IMG/VR virus record: IMGVR_UViG_3300037455_000543 | Span: 347,136 to 411,135 of that record | Source of the DNA: a virus | Lineage: Duplodnaviria; Heunggongvirae; Uroviricota; Caudoviricetes | Direction: 5' to 3' (one strand) | Length of the DNA stretch: 64,000 bases | Part shown: piece after piece, positions 46,773 through 56,237 of the stretch | How positions within the stretch are numbered: the first letter of the stretch is position 1 | Layout: the number at the start of each line of letters is the position of its first letter | The notes under the pieces: generated by a model | The model's input: the letters and a program-made list of their open reading frames with translations, nothing else | Databases searched by the model: none | Told to the model about the DNA's origin: nothing | Program-made: the position numbers and the translations under genes

Positions 46773-47009
46773 ATGATGAATATAAAATATTATGTAATTC
46801 GTGAAGATAGAGCTACTAACCCATTAGCTGGTCCGAAATATTATTCATTTAATTGGAATACAGCTACTGGTTGTGATTATACTTTAACGGATTTTACTAC
46901 AGCATCCAGATTTGATGTAGAAGCAACAGTAAAGGCGTTTGCAAAATCAAAATTGAATAATTATAAGATTTTTGAAATCCAAGTCAGAGAAGTAGAAAAG
47001 GAGCAATAA
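46773..47009 (+). CDS. hypothetical protein
   Basis: In operon. Confidence 0.6.
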   Translation: MMNIKYYVIREDRATNPLAGPKYYSFNWNTATGCDYTLTDFTTASRFDVEATVKAFAKSKLNNYKIFEIQVREVEKEQ

Positions 47010-47806
47010 TGTTTCCGTTAACTAAATATGAAACATTTTTAAAGTTTTTCAATGAAGATGCAGCATATAAACATGCTGCAACTAGAATATCGAAAGTAGT
47101 TTCTTCGATGTCTATTCCTGTCAATATTAATGTAAAAATAGAACCAGGATTTTTTAAACTGCCTAATTATATTGATTGTTCAAGAACAGGTATAGATATT
47201 ACATTGAGTTATGATGTAAGAAAATTTGGTTTATTAGAACAGTTTTATAATGGTAGTGTAAAAGAAGATTATAAATTTGCTGATCCTTATGACATTCTTT
47301 TAAATTCGAAAGAAGTATATATAAATGAATGTAAAAGCTTATTTGATGTTTGTCAGAAAATCACTGAAACAGCGAATGAAATTAAAAAAGAAGTTGAACT
47401 TATTACCGATAATATATATCAGTATCTGCCATTAATTGATCATGGCTATATATTTAATAATATTATAGATAAATTTTCATCTACTACTGCTGAAGTTTAT
47501 TTATCAGTTAATACATTGGATGATTTTATTACGAAATGTGTCGAGCAGAATATTAAAGTAGACGCTGATTATCGTAATTATGTTATTGAGGAATTTAAGA
47601 AAGCTGCAAAAGGTGAAAAAGTAAATTATGATTTCGGTGCATGGGTTTGTACACCGCAAGCATTTGATACTAACAAAAGCGATATAGTTGAAACAAATGA
47701 TATTATTAATAAAGAAAATGAAAGATTTTCTGAAATTTTAAATAGAATTAATAATGATATTGTTCCATGTAAGACTTTTGAAGAAGTTATACAAAGAGAA
47801 GGATAA
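47009..47806 (+). CDS. hypothetical protein
   Basis: TAATG coupling; 265 aa. Confidence 0.8.
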   Translation: MFPLTKYETFLKFFNEDAAYKHAATRISKVVSSMSIPVNINVKIEPGFFKLPNYIDCSRTGIDITLSYDVRKFGLLEQFYNGSVKEDYKFADPYDILLNSKEVYINECKSLFDVCQKITETANEIKKEVELITDNIYQYLPLIDHGYIFNNIIDKFSSTTAEVYLSVNTLDDFITKCVEQNIKVDADYRNYVIEEFKKAAKGEKVNYDFGAWVCTPQAFDTNKSDIVETNDIINKENERFSEILNRINNDIVPCKTFEEVIQREG

Positions 47807-47808
47807 TT

Positions 47809-48096
47809 ATGACATCAGAAGAGATGCATGATTTAATTGATGATAATCTTGCTACGTGGAAGCAATTTATTGGCGCTTGTGTATATCAAAACAAAGCTGA
47901 TGAAAAAGTAATAATTAAATTACCGTGTAAGCTTACGTTACAAAGTGGTATGGAAGTTAATGCTATTACTTTTGTGAAAACCGGCGATACAATGCATACC
48001 ATATTTGCTAATTTTGAAGATGGAAAAGTTCCATCATTTTGTTGTTCAAAAAATGTAGAAGATTTAGTTATTTCACAATGTTTTAAAAAGGAATAA
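47809..48096 (+). CDS. hypothetical protein
   Basis: In operon. Confidence 0.7.
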   Translation: MTSEEMHDLIDDNLATWKQFIGACVYQNKADEKVIIKLPCKLTLQSGMEVNAITFVKTGDTMHTIFANFEDGKVPSFCCSKNVEDLVISQCFKKE

Positions 48097-48097
48097 A

Positions 48098-48631
48098 ATG
48101 ACTATTACTGAAAAGCATATTTTATTTTGGGGTGACTGGCCGAGCAATTTTGCATGGGCTCCGATACAAATTAAATGTTCAGACGATATTACACGAAAGT
48201 TTTTTGCATCTGAACAATATTACATGTTTGAAAAGGCATTACATTTTAATGATCTTGCTATTGCTGATGCAATCATTCATTTGCCGTTTGATGATGACAG
48301 TTCTTATCAAGCAAAGAAACTTGGTCGTCATGTAAAAGATTTTGACCAAGAAAAGTGGAATGAAGTTTCTTATGATATTATGCTCCGTGCATGTCTTGCA
48401 AAATATGGTCAGAATAAAGTGCTATTTGACAAGATTACTGATCCGGCTTTGGAAGGAAAGAAATTTGTTGAAGCTAGTCCTTATGATAAAATCTGGGGAA
48501 TTGGTTTAGGCGAAGCTGATCCTAAGGCTGACGATGAAACTCAATGGCTTGGTGAAAATCGTCTCGGTAAAGTTCTCGATGAGGTCAGAGCAAAGCTTCT
48601 TGCTGGATATAAAGAGGAAATTCAGTATTAA
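48098..48631 (+). CDS. NADAR family protein (YbiA-like)
   Basis: SNF, SEQYYMFEKA, AKKLGRHV, FVEASPYDKIWGIG, GENRLG. Confidence 0.95.
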   Translation: MTITEKHILFWGDWPSNFAWAPIQIKCSDDITRKFFASEQYYMFEKALHFNDLAIADAIIHLPFDDDSSYQAKKLGRHVKDFDQEKWNEVSYDIMLRACLAKYGQNKVLFDKITDPALEGKKFVEASPYDKIWGIGLGEADPKADDETQWLGENRLGKVLDEVRAKLLAGYKEEIQY

Positions 48632-49104
48632 TGGGTGAATATATCGGAAATACAATAGAATCGTTAAGAAAAGCCTGTTCAGTCAAGGACTGGGATGGTT
48701 ATGATGCTGATCCTATTTCTGAGGAAGTATTTCAGAAAGCAGAAGCAATCGAGAAATATCTTCCATTAGATGAAACTTGGGATTTGTTTCCAGGTGGTGA
48801 TGGTTCTTTACAGTATGAAAATCGATACGATGACGATATGTTCTATGTAGAGATATATCCAGATGGGTATTATGTTGAAGAACTTGACACTCATGCAGAT
48901 ATATCGTTTAATTATCCAGAAACAGTAAAAATTCTGTTTGATATGTATAAGAAACGAAAAGCGAAGCGTAAAAATAAGGACCTAATGGATGCATTATCAA
49001 ATTTTGCAACAAAATTATATGAGTCGCAAAAACCTTTAGATCCTGATGATGCAGCAATTTTAGAAGAAGCGGTTCAAACAGAATTTGATGCAAATAATAA
49101 ATAG
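48631..49104 (+). CDS. hypothetical protein
   Basis: WDGYDADPIS...FPGGDGSLQYE. Confidence 0.7.
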   Translation: MGEYIGNTIESLRKACSVKDWDGYDADPISEEVFQKAEAIEKYLPLDETWDLFPGGDGSLQYENRYDDDMFYVEIYPDGYYVEELDTHADISFNYPETVKILFDMYKKRKAKRKNKDLMDALSNFATKLYESQKPLDPDDAAILEEAVQTEFDANNK

Positions 49105-49143
49105 GTATTGACGAAATACCTATTTTTTATTATATTTGATTTT

Positions 49144-49677
49144 ATGAAAAAGTTATTTCTTGACATAGAAAATACGGTTATAGATGACTTGGTAAATTGT
49201 AACTTTCTTGAAGATAATTGCAAGAAGATTTCAAACATTATTAAAGAAATTGAACCGCGAAGTATAGATTTCTTTACTTGGGGATGGAAAACATGCGACG
49301 ATATTAATATTAATATCGTAAATTCTATTCTTATTAAACTCGGTAAAGATCCATTAAATATAGGTTGTGGTTGTCGTGTTTTTCCAAAAGCTTTTTCTGT
49401 CGAGAGTGCGATTGAAACCGGTTGGTTAGCAAAAGAAGATTTTGACAGGGCAATTGAGCCTGGAATGATGGCAGAATTTGGAATATCAAAAATTAGTTGC
49501 TTTATTGATATTGTTTTAAGGTCCACAACAGAAACCATGTTACAAAAATGCGATGCAACAATTAAGAATCCGTTAGAATTTTGGCTTATCGATGATTTGG
49601 TCGAACAGAAAGAAGAATTAGCATTTCATGGTGGAATTTTAAAAATCGTATTGCTTAATCCAAAGGATTTAAAATAA
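49144..49677 (+). CDS. HAD-like protein
   Basis: LFLDIENTVID...WLIDD; leaderless. Confidence 0.6.
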   Translation: MKKLFLDIENTVIDDLVNCNFLEDNCKKISNIIKEIEPRSIDFFTWGWKTCDDININIVNSILIKLGKDPLNIGCGCRVFPKAFSVESAIETGWLAKEDFDRAIEPGMMAEFGISKISCFIDIVLRSTTETMLQKCDATIKNPLEFWLIDDLVEQKEELAFHGGILKIVLLNPKDLK

Positions 49678-50051
49678 TGGAAAATAAAATAGATTCATAT
49701 AAAATTAAAAACGTGAATTTTTCTCTTATTGATGAGGACGATGACCGTTTTGAAGATTTTAAGAAACAGAGACTCGAACGTGGTTTTGACAGTTCCGAGC
49801 TTTGGAGCCTTGATTGTACTATTGCTAAATTTATTGCTCCTCGACTTAAAGCCTTCCGTGAAAATAGTGGTGATTCGCCAATCGGTAAGTCTAGAACTGA
49901 ATGGGAAAAGATCCTTGATGAAATGATTGAAGGATTTGAAATCTATCCAAACCATTTTAATTGGCCATCTGAAGAATCTAACCAGAATTGGTCAAAAGTC
50001 TATAAGGCATTGGAACATTTCCGTAAATATTTCTTCCAACTGTGGTATTAA
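49677..50051 (+). CDS. conserved phage hypothetical protein
   Basis: RGF..ELWSLD.TIAKFI.PRLKAF...W..ILDEMIEGF. Confidence 0.75.
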   Translation: MENKIDSYKIKNVNFSLIDEDDDRFEDFKKQRLERGFDSSELWSLDCTIAKFIAPRLKAFRENSGDSPIGKSRTEWEKILDEMIEGFEIYPNHFNWPSEESNQNWSKVYKALEHFRKYFFQLWY

Positions 50052-50052
50052 T

Positions 50053-50394
50053 ATGAATACAGTAGCAAAATTAGATAAAAATGACATGTCAATTATTCAA
50101 AGAGAAGCAAATCTTGAAAAGGTTGCTGATTTTTGTAATATTTTTAATATGATAAAAATCTATTACAAGGATATGCTTGACTGGAAAGAAGGTGATGAGA
50201 TAGATATTGCAGAAGCGGAAGAAATGAAGCAAATGTGTTATAATCTTTCTTATAAGCTTCGGGATATTCAAGAAGTTCTTGGATTTGCTGTCATTGACCA
50301 GAAGTGGACTGTTAAGGATAAACAAGAGTGGTTTGATAAGTTTATAAAAGCAAGAAATAGTGGTGAACCAGTAATGGTCATGGAAAAGGATTAA
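50053..50394 (+). CDS. hypothetical protein
   Basis: In operon. Confidence 0.7.
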   Translation: MNTVAKLDKNDMSIIQREANLEKVADFCNIFNMIKIYYKDMLDWKEGDEIDIAEAEEMKQMCYNLSYKLRDIQEVLGFAVIDQKWTVKDKQEWFDKFIKARNSGEPVMVMEKD

Positions 50395-50396
50395 GT

Positions 50397-50951
50397 ATGA
50401 TTGTTTTTGTTTCGGGTAGTTCTAAAATAAAGAAACTTACAGAAGACATGCAAAAATGTCTTGATAAGTATATTGAGCAAAAAGCTTCATTTATTGTCGG
50501 TGATTGTTATGGTGCTGATGAACTTGCACAAAAATATCTAAAATCTAAGAATTATGAAGATGTAACTGTTTATTGTTCTCAAGAAAAACCGCATCAGAAA
50601 AGATGTAAGTATGATAAATATGTTTCTTTATGGGAACAAGCACAAGGCAAAGAAGGCGAAGAGTTTTATCAAGTAAAAGATAAAGCTATGTGTGAAGCAT
50701 GTGATGTAGCAGTTGCATTTTGGAATGGTTCAAGCTACGGTGTAAAGTGTAATATTCTTCGTTGTATCGATGCAGGTAAAGAATGTGAAATCTATATTAG
50801 CGATACATTTGACACTTTAGATTTATCAGAAATTGTAGCGAAAAGTAATGAAAAGGTTCATATTAATTTGTATAAAGTTCCAAATACAGGTCTTCCAATA
50901 GATATTATTACTGGAGCACCGCATAAAATAGATTGGTTGCAGGAGAAGTAA
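50397..50951 (+). CDS. SLOG-superfamily (YspA/DprA-like) protein
   Basis: VFVSGS, IVGDCYGADELA, KDKAM..CD..VAFWNGSSYG. Confidence 0.75.
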   Translation: MIVFVSGSSKIKKLTEDMQKCLDKYIEQKASFIVGDCYGADELAQKYLKSKNYEDVTVYCSQEKPHQKRCKYDKYVSLWEQAQGKEGEEFYQVKDKAMCEACDVAVAFWNGSSYGVKCNILRCIDAGKECEIYISDTFDTLDLSEIVAKSNEKVHINLYKVPNTGLPIDIITGAPHKIDWLQEK

Positions 50952-50954
50952 ATT

Positions 50955-51809
50955 ATGGGTCTTGATGTATGGTGTTATAAAGTAAAAGATAAAGAAGCAT
51001 GGCGTAAAAGCGTTGCTGCAAAGGAAGTATTTGAAAAATATTCTAATGAGCTTTGGGATAGATATTATGAAGAAGCTAGTGCAGCATATAAAAAGTGGAA
51101 TAGATGGCATAATGACCTAACTGAAAAAGTTAGTCAAGATATTATTACCGATGAAGAATATAATGCTGAATTAGAAAAGGATCCATATAAGTATACAGTT
51201 ACTGATTTTGCAACTTCAGATGAAAAATTAAAATATCAGCTTCTTAAGAATGACTCAGATATTGCATTATATGAACCTGAAGAAATTGAAGACCTTTATA
51301 TGAGAAAACAATATTGGTTTATTCAATACTGTTATCATAAGTATGACCAATATATGATTAAGGAAGAAAGGTTTAATGGTAGAGTATTAGACAGTGAAAA
51401 TCATTATTATGATATAGTCTTAAATAAAGATGACGTAGCTGATATTATTTCCAGATTGACTAAGATTGTAGATAATTGTAATGAGCTAATGAATAATGAA
51501 GATGTAAAAAAATTTATTGCATCGTTGAATTTAAAACAAATTGACTATGACAATGTTATAGAATCTACAGATCTTAAAATATGTGGTAAATTAGCAGTTA
51601 ATCTCGAAGGCGAAGACAAACATTTAGCCGGATTGGTTAATACTGACTATGTTGACAGTATTTTCCCGGTTTATGAAGAATATGTCCATAGTTATCGTCC
51701 GCCTTGGAATTATAATTTAGAAAGTTTCAAACATTATCTTGATAAATGGAAAGATGTTTATAAAGATATGACTGAAGATGAACTTATTTGGGTTCATGAA
51801 TGGTGGTAA
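50955..51809 (+). CDS. conserved phage hypothetical protein (MGLD...RK family)
   Basis: MGLDVW...YMRKQYW...EWW. Confidence 0.75.
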   Translation: MGLDVWCYKVKDKEAWRKSVAAKEVFEKYSNELWDRYYEEASAAYKKWNRWHNDLTEKVSQDIITDEEYNAELEKDPYKYTVTDFATSDEKLKYQLLKNDSDIALYEPEEIEDLYMRKQYWFIQYCYHKYDQYMIKEERFNGRVLDSENHYYDIVLNKDDVADIISRLTKIVDNCNELMNNEDVKKFIASLNLKQIDYDNVIESTDLKICGKLAVNLEGEDKHLAGLVNTDYVDSIFPVYEEYVHSYRPPWNYNLESFKHYLDKWKDVYKDMTEDELIWVHEWW

Positions 51810-51810
51810 T

Positions 51811-52077
51811 ATGTTAAAAAAATTTCTATCTTTGTTTACACGTGAAAAGATAATGGCTATCAGTACCGATAGTAGTTGGGGAGGAGTACGAAAATATCCC
51901 CAATGGTGGTTTATCTGGTGGCATTTTTATTGGCAACAAGATGGATATGAGCATTATTCACCTATTAGTTATTCAATTACCGATGAAGAAAGATTAAGAA
52001 GTATAAATAAGACGAAATATATAATAGACCAATTTAATAAATTACGGATAGATAATGAAAATATTAAAGCCAATTAA
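51811..52077 (+). CDS. hypothetical protein
   Basis: Trp-rich; in operon. Confidence 0.6.
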   Translation: MLKKFLSLFTREKIMAISTDSSWGGVRKYPQWWFIWWHFYWQQDGYEHYSPISYSITDEERLRSINKTKYIIDQFNKLRIDNENIKAN

Positions 52078-53140
52078 AGACGGAAAGTTTACTGAAACCA
52101 ATGACCTTAGGAATTCTATATTCTTAGCTGGTCCGTGTCCGAGAGAAAAGGATGATTTTAAAAATGACTGGCGTTTTCAGGCATTTGAAATTTTGAAGGA
52201 CCTTGGTTTTGACGGAACTGTAATTACTCCGACTAATCAGGATTATCAGGATTACCGCAAGCATGACCATAATGCCTTGACAGTACAGACGAAGTGGGAA
52301 TTTGAGACCATGAAGAAATGTTCTGCATTGGTTTTCTGGATTGACCGTTCTGATAAACATCCGGCAATGACTACCAATATTGAGATCGGTGATTGGTATG
52401 ATAAGGAAGGTGTGTATGTAGGTTGGCCTAAGGATGCACCGAAGAACGACTATATCGAAATTCGTCTCAAGATGAGAAAAGAAAAGAAAATCTATAATGA
52501 TTTGAGAGAAATGTTGAAACAGGTCGTTGATGACTTTAAGAGACCTGCACAGATGTTCTTTACTAGTGATACGCATTTTGGTCAAGAAGCTACACGTAAG
52601 CATTCCAGACGTCCGTTTGTCGATGTTGATGATATGGATTTGTCCCTTATTTCTAACTGGAATAAGAGAATTACAATGAATGATACTGTTGTACATGCTG
52701 GTGACTTTGGCGATATCAAGAAGATAAAGGAAGTCATCGGAAATCTTAATTTCGGTAAACTGATCTGGGTCATGGGTAACTATGACAGAACTGAGGCATT
52801 ATTTATCAGACAGATTATTAAGGAAACTAAGAGAGATATTGAACTTCGTGACGACTATTCGTTTACACAGAAAGATAAGAATGGTAAGCCAGTAACATTT
52901 TATGTAGTTCATGAACCTAAAACATTTACTATTATTAAATCTGGACATGAACCGACTTATCCTAGCGAATTTGTCTTGTTTGGCCATATCCATGGTAGAG
53001 GTCAAGGAAAAGAAAACGGCACAGATGTCGGAACTGATTGCCATGGATATACGCCTATGTCTATGGATGATGTATGGTGGTTCCATAATGCATGTCAATA
53101 TTGGGATGATAACGTATTCTATCCAAGGGCAATAGTATGA
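52055..53140 (+). CDS. nucleoside 2-deoxyribosyltransferase-like domain fused to a calcineurin-like metallophosphoesterase
   Basis: N-terminal SIFLAGP, WR, QTKWE, FW, TTNIEIG; C-terminal SDTHFG, GDF, GNYD, HEP, GHIHG. Confidence 0.85.
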   Translation: MKILKPIKDGKFTETNDLRNSIFLAGPCPREKDDFKNDWRFQAFEILKDLGFDGTVITPTNQDYQDYRKHDHNALTVQTKWEFETMKKCSALVFWIDRSDKHPAMTTNIEIGDWYDKEGVYVGWPKDAPKNDYIEIRLKMRKEKKIYNDLREMLKQVVDDFKRPAQMFFTSDTHFGQEATRKHSRRPFVDVDDMDLSLISNWNKRITMNDTVVHAGDFGDIKKIKEVIGNLNFGKLIWVMGNYDRTEALFIRQIIKETKRDIELRDDYSFTQKDKNGKPVTFYVVHEPKTFTIIKSGHEPTYPSEFVLFGHIHGRGQGKENGTDVGTDCHGYTPMSMDDVWWFHNACQYWDDNVFYPRAIV

Positions 53141-53325
53141 GTGAATATGAAAAAACATACAATCATATTAAAGCAGTAGTAAAAAAGTTGTTAGATAACG
53201 GAACAACTTTCGTTGTTGCAACTCAGTCATTTAGATATAATAGTGACGGTATACCAGAACCACGACTTCCTATGCCATCAAATGAAAACGTCTTTTTTAT
53301 TGATTATGATAGTTCATTTAGATAG
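53137..53325 (+). CDS. hypothetical protein
   Basis: ATGA coupling. Confidence 0.55.
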   Translation: MSEYEKTYNHIKAVVKKLLDNGTTFVVATQSFRYNSDGIPEPRLPMPSNENVFFIDYDSSFR

Positions 53326-53378
53326 TTAAGTTTAATATAGGGTTTACAAAAACCCTATATTTTTTTATATTGTATATT

Positions 53379-53570
53379 ATGCGTGTATTCAAAATCGAAA
53401 CATTTGATAGTGCAAGCAGAATGGCTAAGTTTATCAACGAAATGGAAGAAGATAAAGCAAAAGACATTCAGATTGTTCAAATTGTAAGTAGAAGAATCGC
53501 AGATATATGTAATGTTTATGATTTATGTTATTGGGAAATTACTAAAAAGAGAACTAAAAGATGCAAATAA
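53379..53570 (+). CDS. hypothetical protein
   Basis: Leaderless. Confidence 0.6.
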   Translation: MRVFKIETFDSASRMAKFINEMEEDKAKDIQIVQIVSRRIADICNVYDLCYWEITKKRTKRCK

Positions 53571-53866
53571 TCAAGAAAATTTTAGCTTTTTTCTATAACA
53601 AGGAATATAAGCAATTAAAAAAGTTTATCCGTGTAATCGGACCTCATGTTGTTACATTCTATATTGTAAGAAAGACAAAGAAATATCTTGGTGGTCTTAT
53701 AGAGTTGAATGCAAATGTTTTATGGGACGATTACGATTCTAAAAAAGTGTCTGATGAAGAAAAGTATTATATGGACATGAGCGTTCATGCTGCTGCATTT
53801 ACGATTCTTGCAACGGAATGGAAAACTATGATAAATCATATTGAACCGGAGGCGGTTAATGACTAA
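53561..53866 (+). CDS. hypothetical protein
   Basis: In operon. Confidence 0.65.
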   Translation: MQIIKKILAFFYNKEYKQLKKFIRVIGPHVVTFYIVRKTKKYLGGLIELNANVLWDDYDSKKVSDEEKYYMDMSVHAAAFTILATEWKTMINHIEPEAVND

Positions 53867-54227
53867 AGAAGAACTTATTGCTGAATTACAGAAAATTGAA
53901 GGAAATCCGACCATTGGTATTGGGTTAAATAAAGCATGGGGTAAGTATTGTCTAGCTATTAGTGGCATTACTCCATTATATAATCATGATGGCCATAAGG
54001 TAGAAGGCGTATCAGTTTTAGAAATTAACGCTGAAGATGCTCATCCAATGACACAAGAACAGCTTATGGTTCGTAAGCAAATTTCTCTTAGTAAGAAATA
54101 TGGACCGTTAGTTAATTGTAGTATTGATGAACGATTCTGGGCGGTAAATGGTCCATGGCTAGATAAATGGAACAAAGAAAAAATTGAAATGCTAGAAAAC
54201 AAGATAAAGCAGTTAGAAAATAAGTAA
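53859..54227 (+). CDS. hypothetical protein
   Basis: SD GGAGG; MTKEELIAELQK. Confidence 0.7.
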   Translation: MTKEELIAELQKIEGNPTIGIGLNKAWGKYCLAISGITPLYNHDGHKVEGVSVLEINAEDAHPMTQEQLMVRKQISLSKKYGPLVNCSIDERFWAVNGPWLDKWNKEKIEMLENKIKQLENK

Positions 54228-54274
54228 TATCAATAGGGTTTACAAAAACCCTATATTTTTTTATATTATATTAT

Positions 54275-54661
54275 ATGAGTATTTCCGTATTTAATACCAA
54301 AAAATTCAAAGAAAATTTATTTTATGTTCGTTCATTGAACGCAGTTGTCGTTGCAATGATACTTTTACCAGTTCTTATATATTTTTGTGCAGAGTGCCCA
54401 ATACAAGGAGTTGGTGAACTTCTTTGCTTCTTTGGTCTAAGTTTAATGATTTTTGGAATGCCTATTATAGGTATTGTTGCTTTTATAAATGATACTACTG
54501 GTCCGACAAATAGCACAGTAAGAATTATATTATCAATTTTATTAGCGCCCACAATTATTGTTGTGGAACCAATATACAGGCTGATTTATAAATGTTTATA
54601 CGGTAGAGCTTACAAACGACAAGAACTTTATAGAATGGTAGGAGAATTTAAAGGTGTTTAG
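54275..54661 (+). CDS. membrane protein
   Basis: Three TM segments; leaderless. Confidence 0.7.
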   Translation: MSISVFNTKKFKENLFYVRSLNAVVVAMILLPVLIYFCAECPIQGVGELLCFFGLSLMIFGMPIIGIVAFINDTTGPTNSTVRIILSILLAPTIIVVEPIYRLIYKCLYGRAYKRQELYRMVGEFKGV

Positions 54662-55151
54662 TATTTTTGGTCATAAGAAAGATAAATATCCTTTACATGA
54701 TGAAGCACATATTGTCCATAATACTGGGTGGTTTAGTTCATTTAAAGGCGAAAAAGACGAATTTCATCAGAAAATTAAAAAAGCTCTTAATTTTATAAAT
54801 GTCAATAAGCTTGAACAGACTAAAAAACAATATGCTATTATTGAATTTGAAAAAGAAGATGTAGTTTTAGTTCTTGGTAATTATCGTGGAATGGCTATGG
54901 TTAAGAAATACAATAATCCTGGTCATCCATTAGAAAAAATGCTTGATTATACATGGGAAACATGTTGGTTAAGTTATGGCTTTGATTATAAAGAAAGCAC
55001 TATCTATAAATGGTATATCACTCCGTTGCCTGAAGTTATTGTAAAAGGTGTATTTGAAGATATGTATGCAGTAATGCATAATGTAAATGACATAATGGGT
55101 AATAAGCTTACTTATATGTTTGACAAATATACTATAAAAGATAATGTATAG
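54654..55151 (+). CDS. hypothetical protein
   Basis: GTG start; SD AGGAG. Confidence 0.7.
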   Translation: MFSIFGHKKDKYPLHDEAHIVHNTGWFSSFKGEKDEFHQKIKKALNFINVNKLEQTKKQYAIIEFEKEDVVLVLGNYRGMAMVKKYNNPGHPLEKMLDYTWETCWLSYGFDYKESTIYKWYITPLPEVIVKGVFEDMYAVMHNVNDIMGNKLTYMFDKYTIKDNV

Positions 55152-55218
55152 ATAACTGGAAATTTATGTAACTATTAAACCGTTTACAAAAAACGGTTTT
55201 TTTATTATATTTTAAACC

Positions 55219-55545
55219 ATGAGAGAATCTAAGAAAGATAAGCGTGAGCATGATTATGGCAAAGTTCATCGTTTTGCCCGTCATATTCATAATGACCCTA
55301 ATATTAAGTCTTATGATATAAAGTCTGATTTAATTGATGAACTTTATGAGAAACTTCATGTCGACGAAAAGCTAGATTATGTTGAATTCTGCCGTTATCT
55401 TCGTCATATTGGCGTTAATAACCATGGGCGTGCTAATATTAAACATGACCGTGCCCGTAGAACTCTTGGTATTCGTAAAATGATTCAAAAGAAACGTGAA
55501 CGTTCTATTAAAAAGACAGAATATAAAGAAAGTAAAGATGAGTAA
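55219..55545 (+). CDS. basic hypothetical protein
   Basis: Leaderless after a stem-loop promoter (ACTG at 55155). Confidence 0.7.
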   Translation: MRESKKDKREHDYGKVHRFARHIHNDPNIKSYDIKSDLIDELYEKLHVDEKLDYVEFCRYLRHIGVNNHGRANIKHDRARRTLGIRKMIQKKRERSIKKTEYKESKDE

Positions 55546-55831
55546 GCACCATTATTATATTTCAGTAAAGAATCAATTTAATGCAGATTGCACCATTTAT
55601 TGTGGAACTAATCTTCCCAAGATGGCTAAAGCCTATGCAAAGCTTGAAAAATTCCGAGATTACGGTTATGACATCAAGCTTGATGAAGATTTGAATTACG
55701 ATCCTGACTGTGGTGCATTTACCTATTATAAGGATATTTTTGGCAAAGAACCTGAAGAAGGGCTTAACGGAATAGATTTTCAAAATTGTTTACTTGAAAT
55801 TAAACGAGAATTCGGAAAAGAAGCGGACTAA
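55538..55831 (+). CDS. hypothetical protein
   Basis: In operon. Confidence 0.65.
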   Translation: MSKHHYYISVKNQFNADCTIYCGTNLPKMAKAYAKLEKFRDYGYDIKLDEDLNYDPDCGAFTYYKDIFGKEPEEGLNGIDFQNCLLEIKREFGKEAD

Positions 55832-56154
55832 TGAACGATAAAGATACTATTACTCTTGAAGCTAAGTCTATCGATGACATCAAGTTTGAAATTTCCGGTA
55901 ATGATTTTATTTCCGGGAAGTATAACAAGATTCGTTGGGAGCCGAAACATAGAACACCTGATGATGGTAGTTTGACTTTTCATGGCATCTATAAAGATGA
56001 TTTTCTTTATTTGTCTATTCGTAAGCATGGCTTTATTGAAACAATTGATGCCCATAATAGAATTCCCAAGGATATTCTTGAAGGACGTAAATTTTTGGTT
56101 TATGTAACGCCTTATTTAGGTTTTCACAATGTTGAGTATGAAGAATTAATGTAA
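55831..56154 (+). CDS. hypothetical protein
   Basis: TAATG coupling. Confidence 0.7.
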   Translation: MNDKDTITLEAKSIDDIKFEISGNDFISGKYNKIRWEPKHRTPDDGSLTFHGIYKDDFLYLSIRKHGFIETIDAHNRIPKDILEGRKFLVYVTPYLGFHNVEYEELM

Positions 56155-56237
56155 TGGAGTATTTAAGTTGAAAGAATATATTGTTGTCATTTCCATAGCA
56201 ATAATCGTTATTGCACTTGCAATTATTAAGGTTTAAT

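Larger units (their letters stand above)
53337..54267 (+). repeat. identical 35-bp promoter stem-loop at 53337-53371 and 54233-54267
   Basis: ATAGGGTTTACAAAAACCCTATATTTTTTTATATT occurs twice. Confidence 0.9.
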
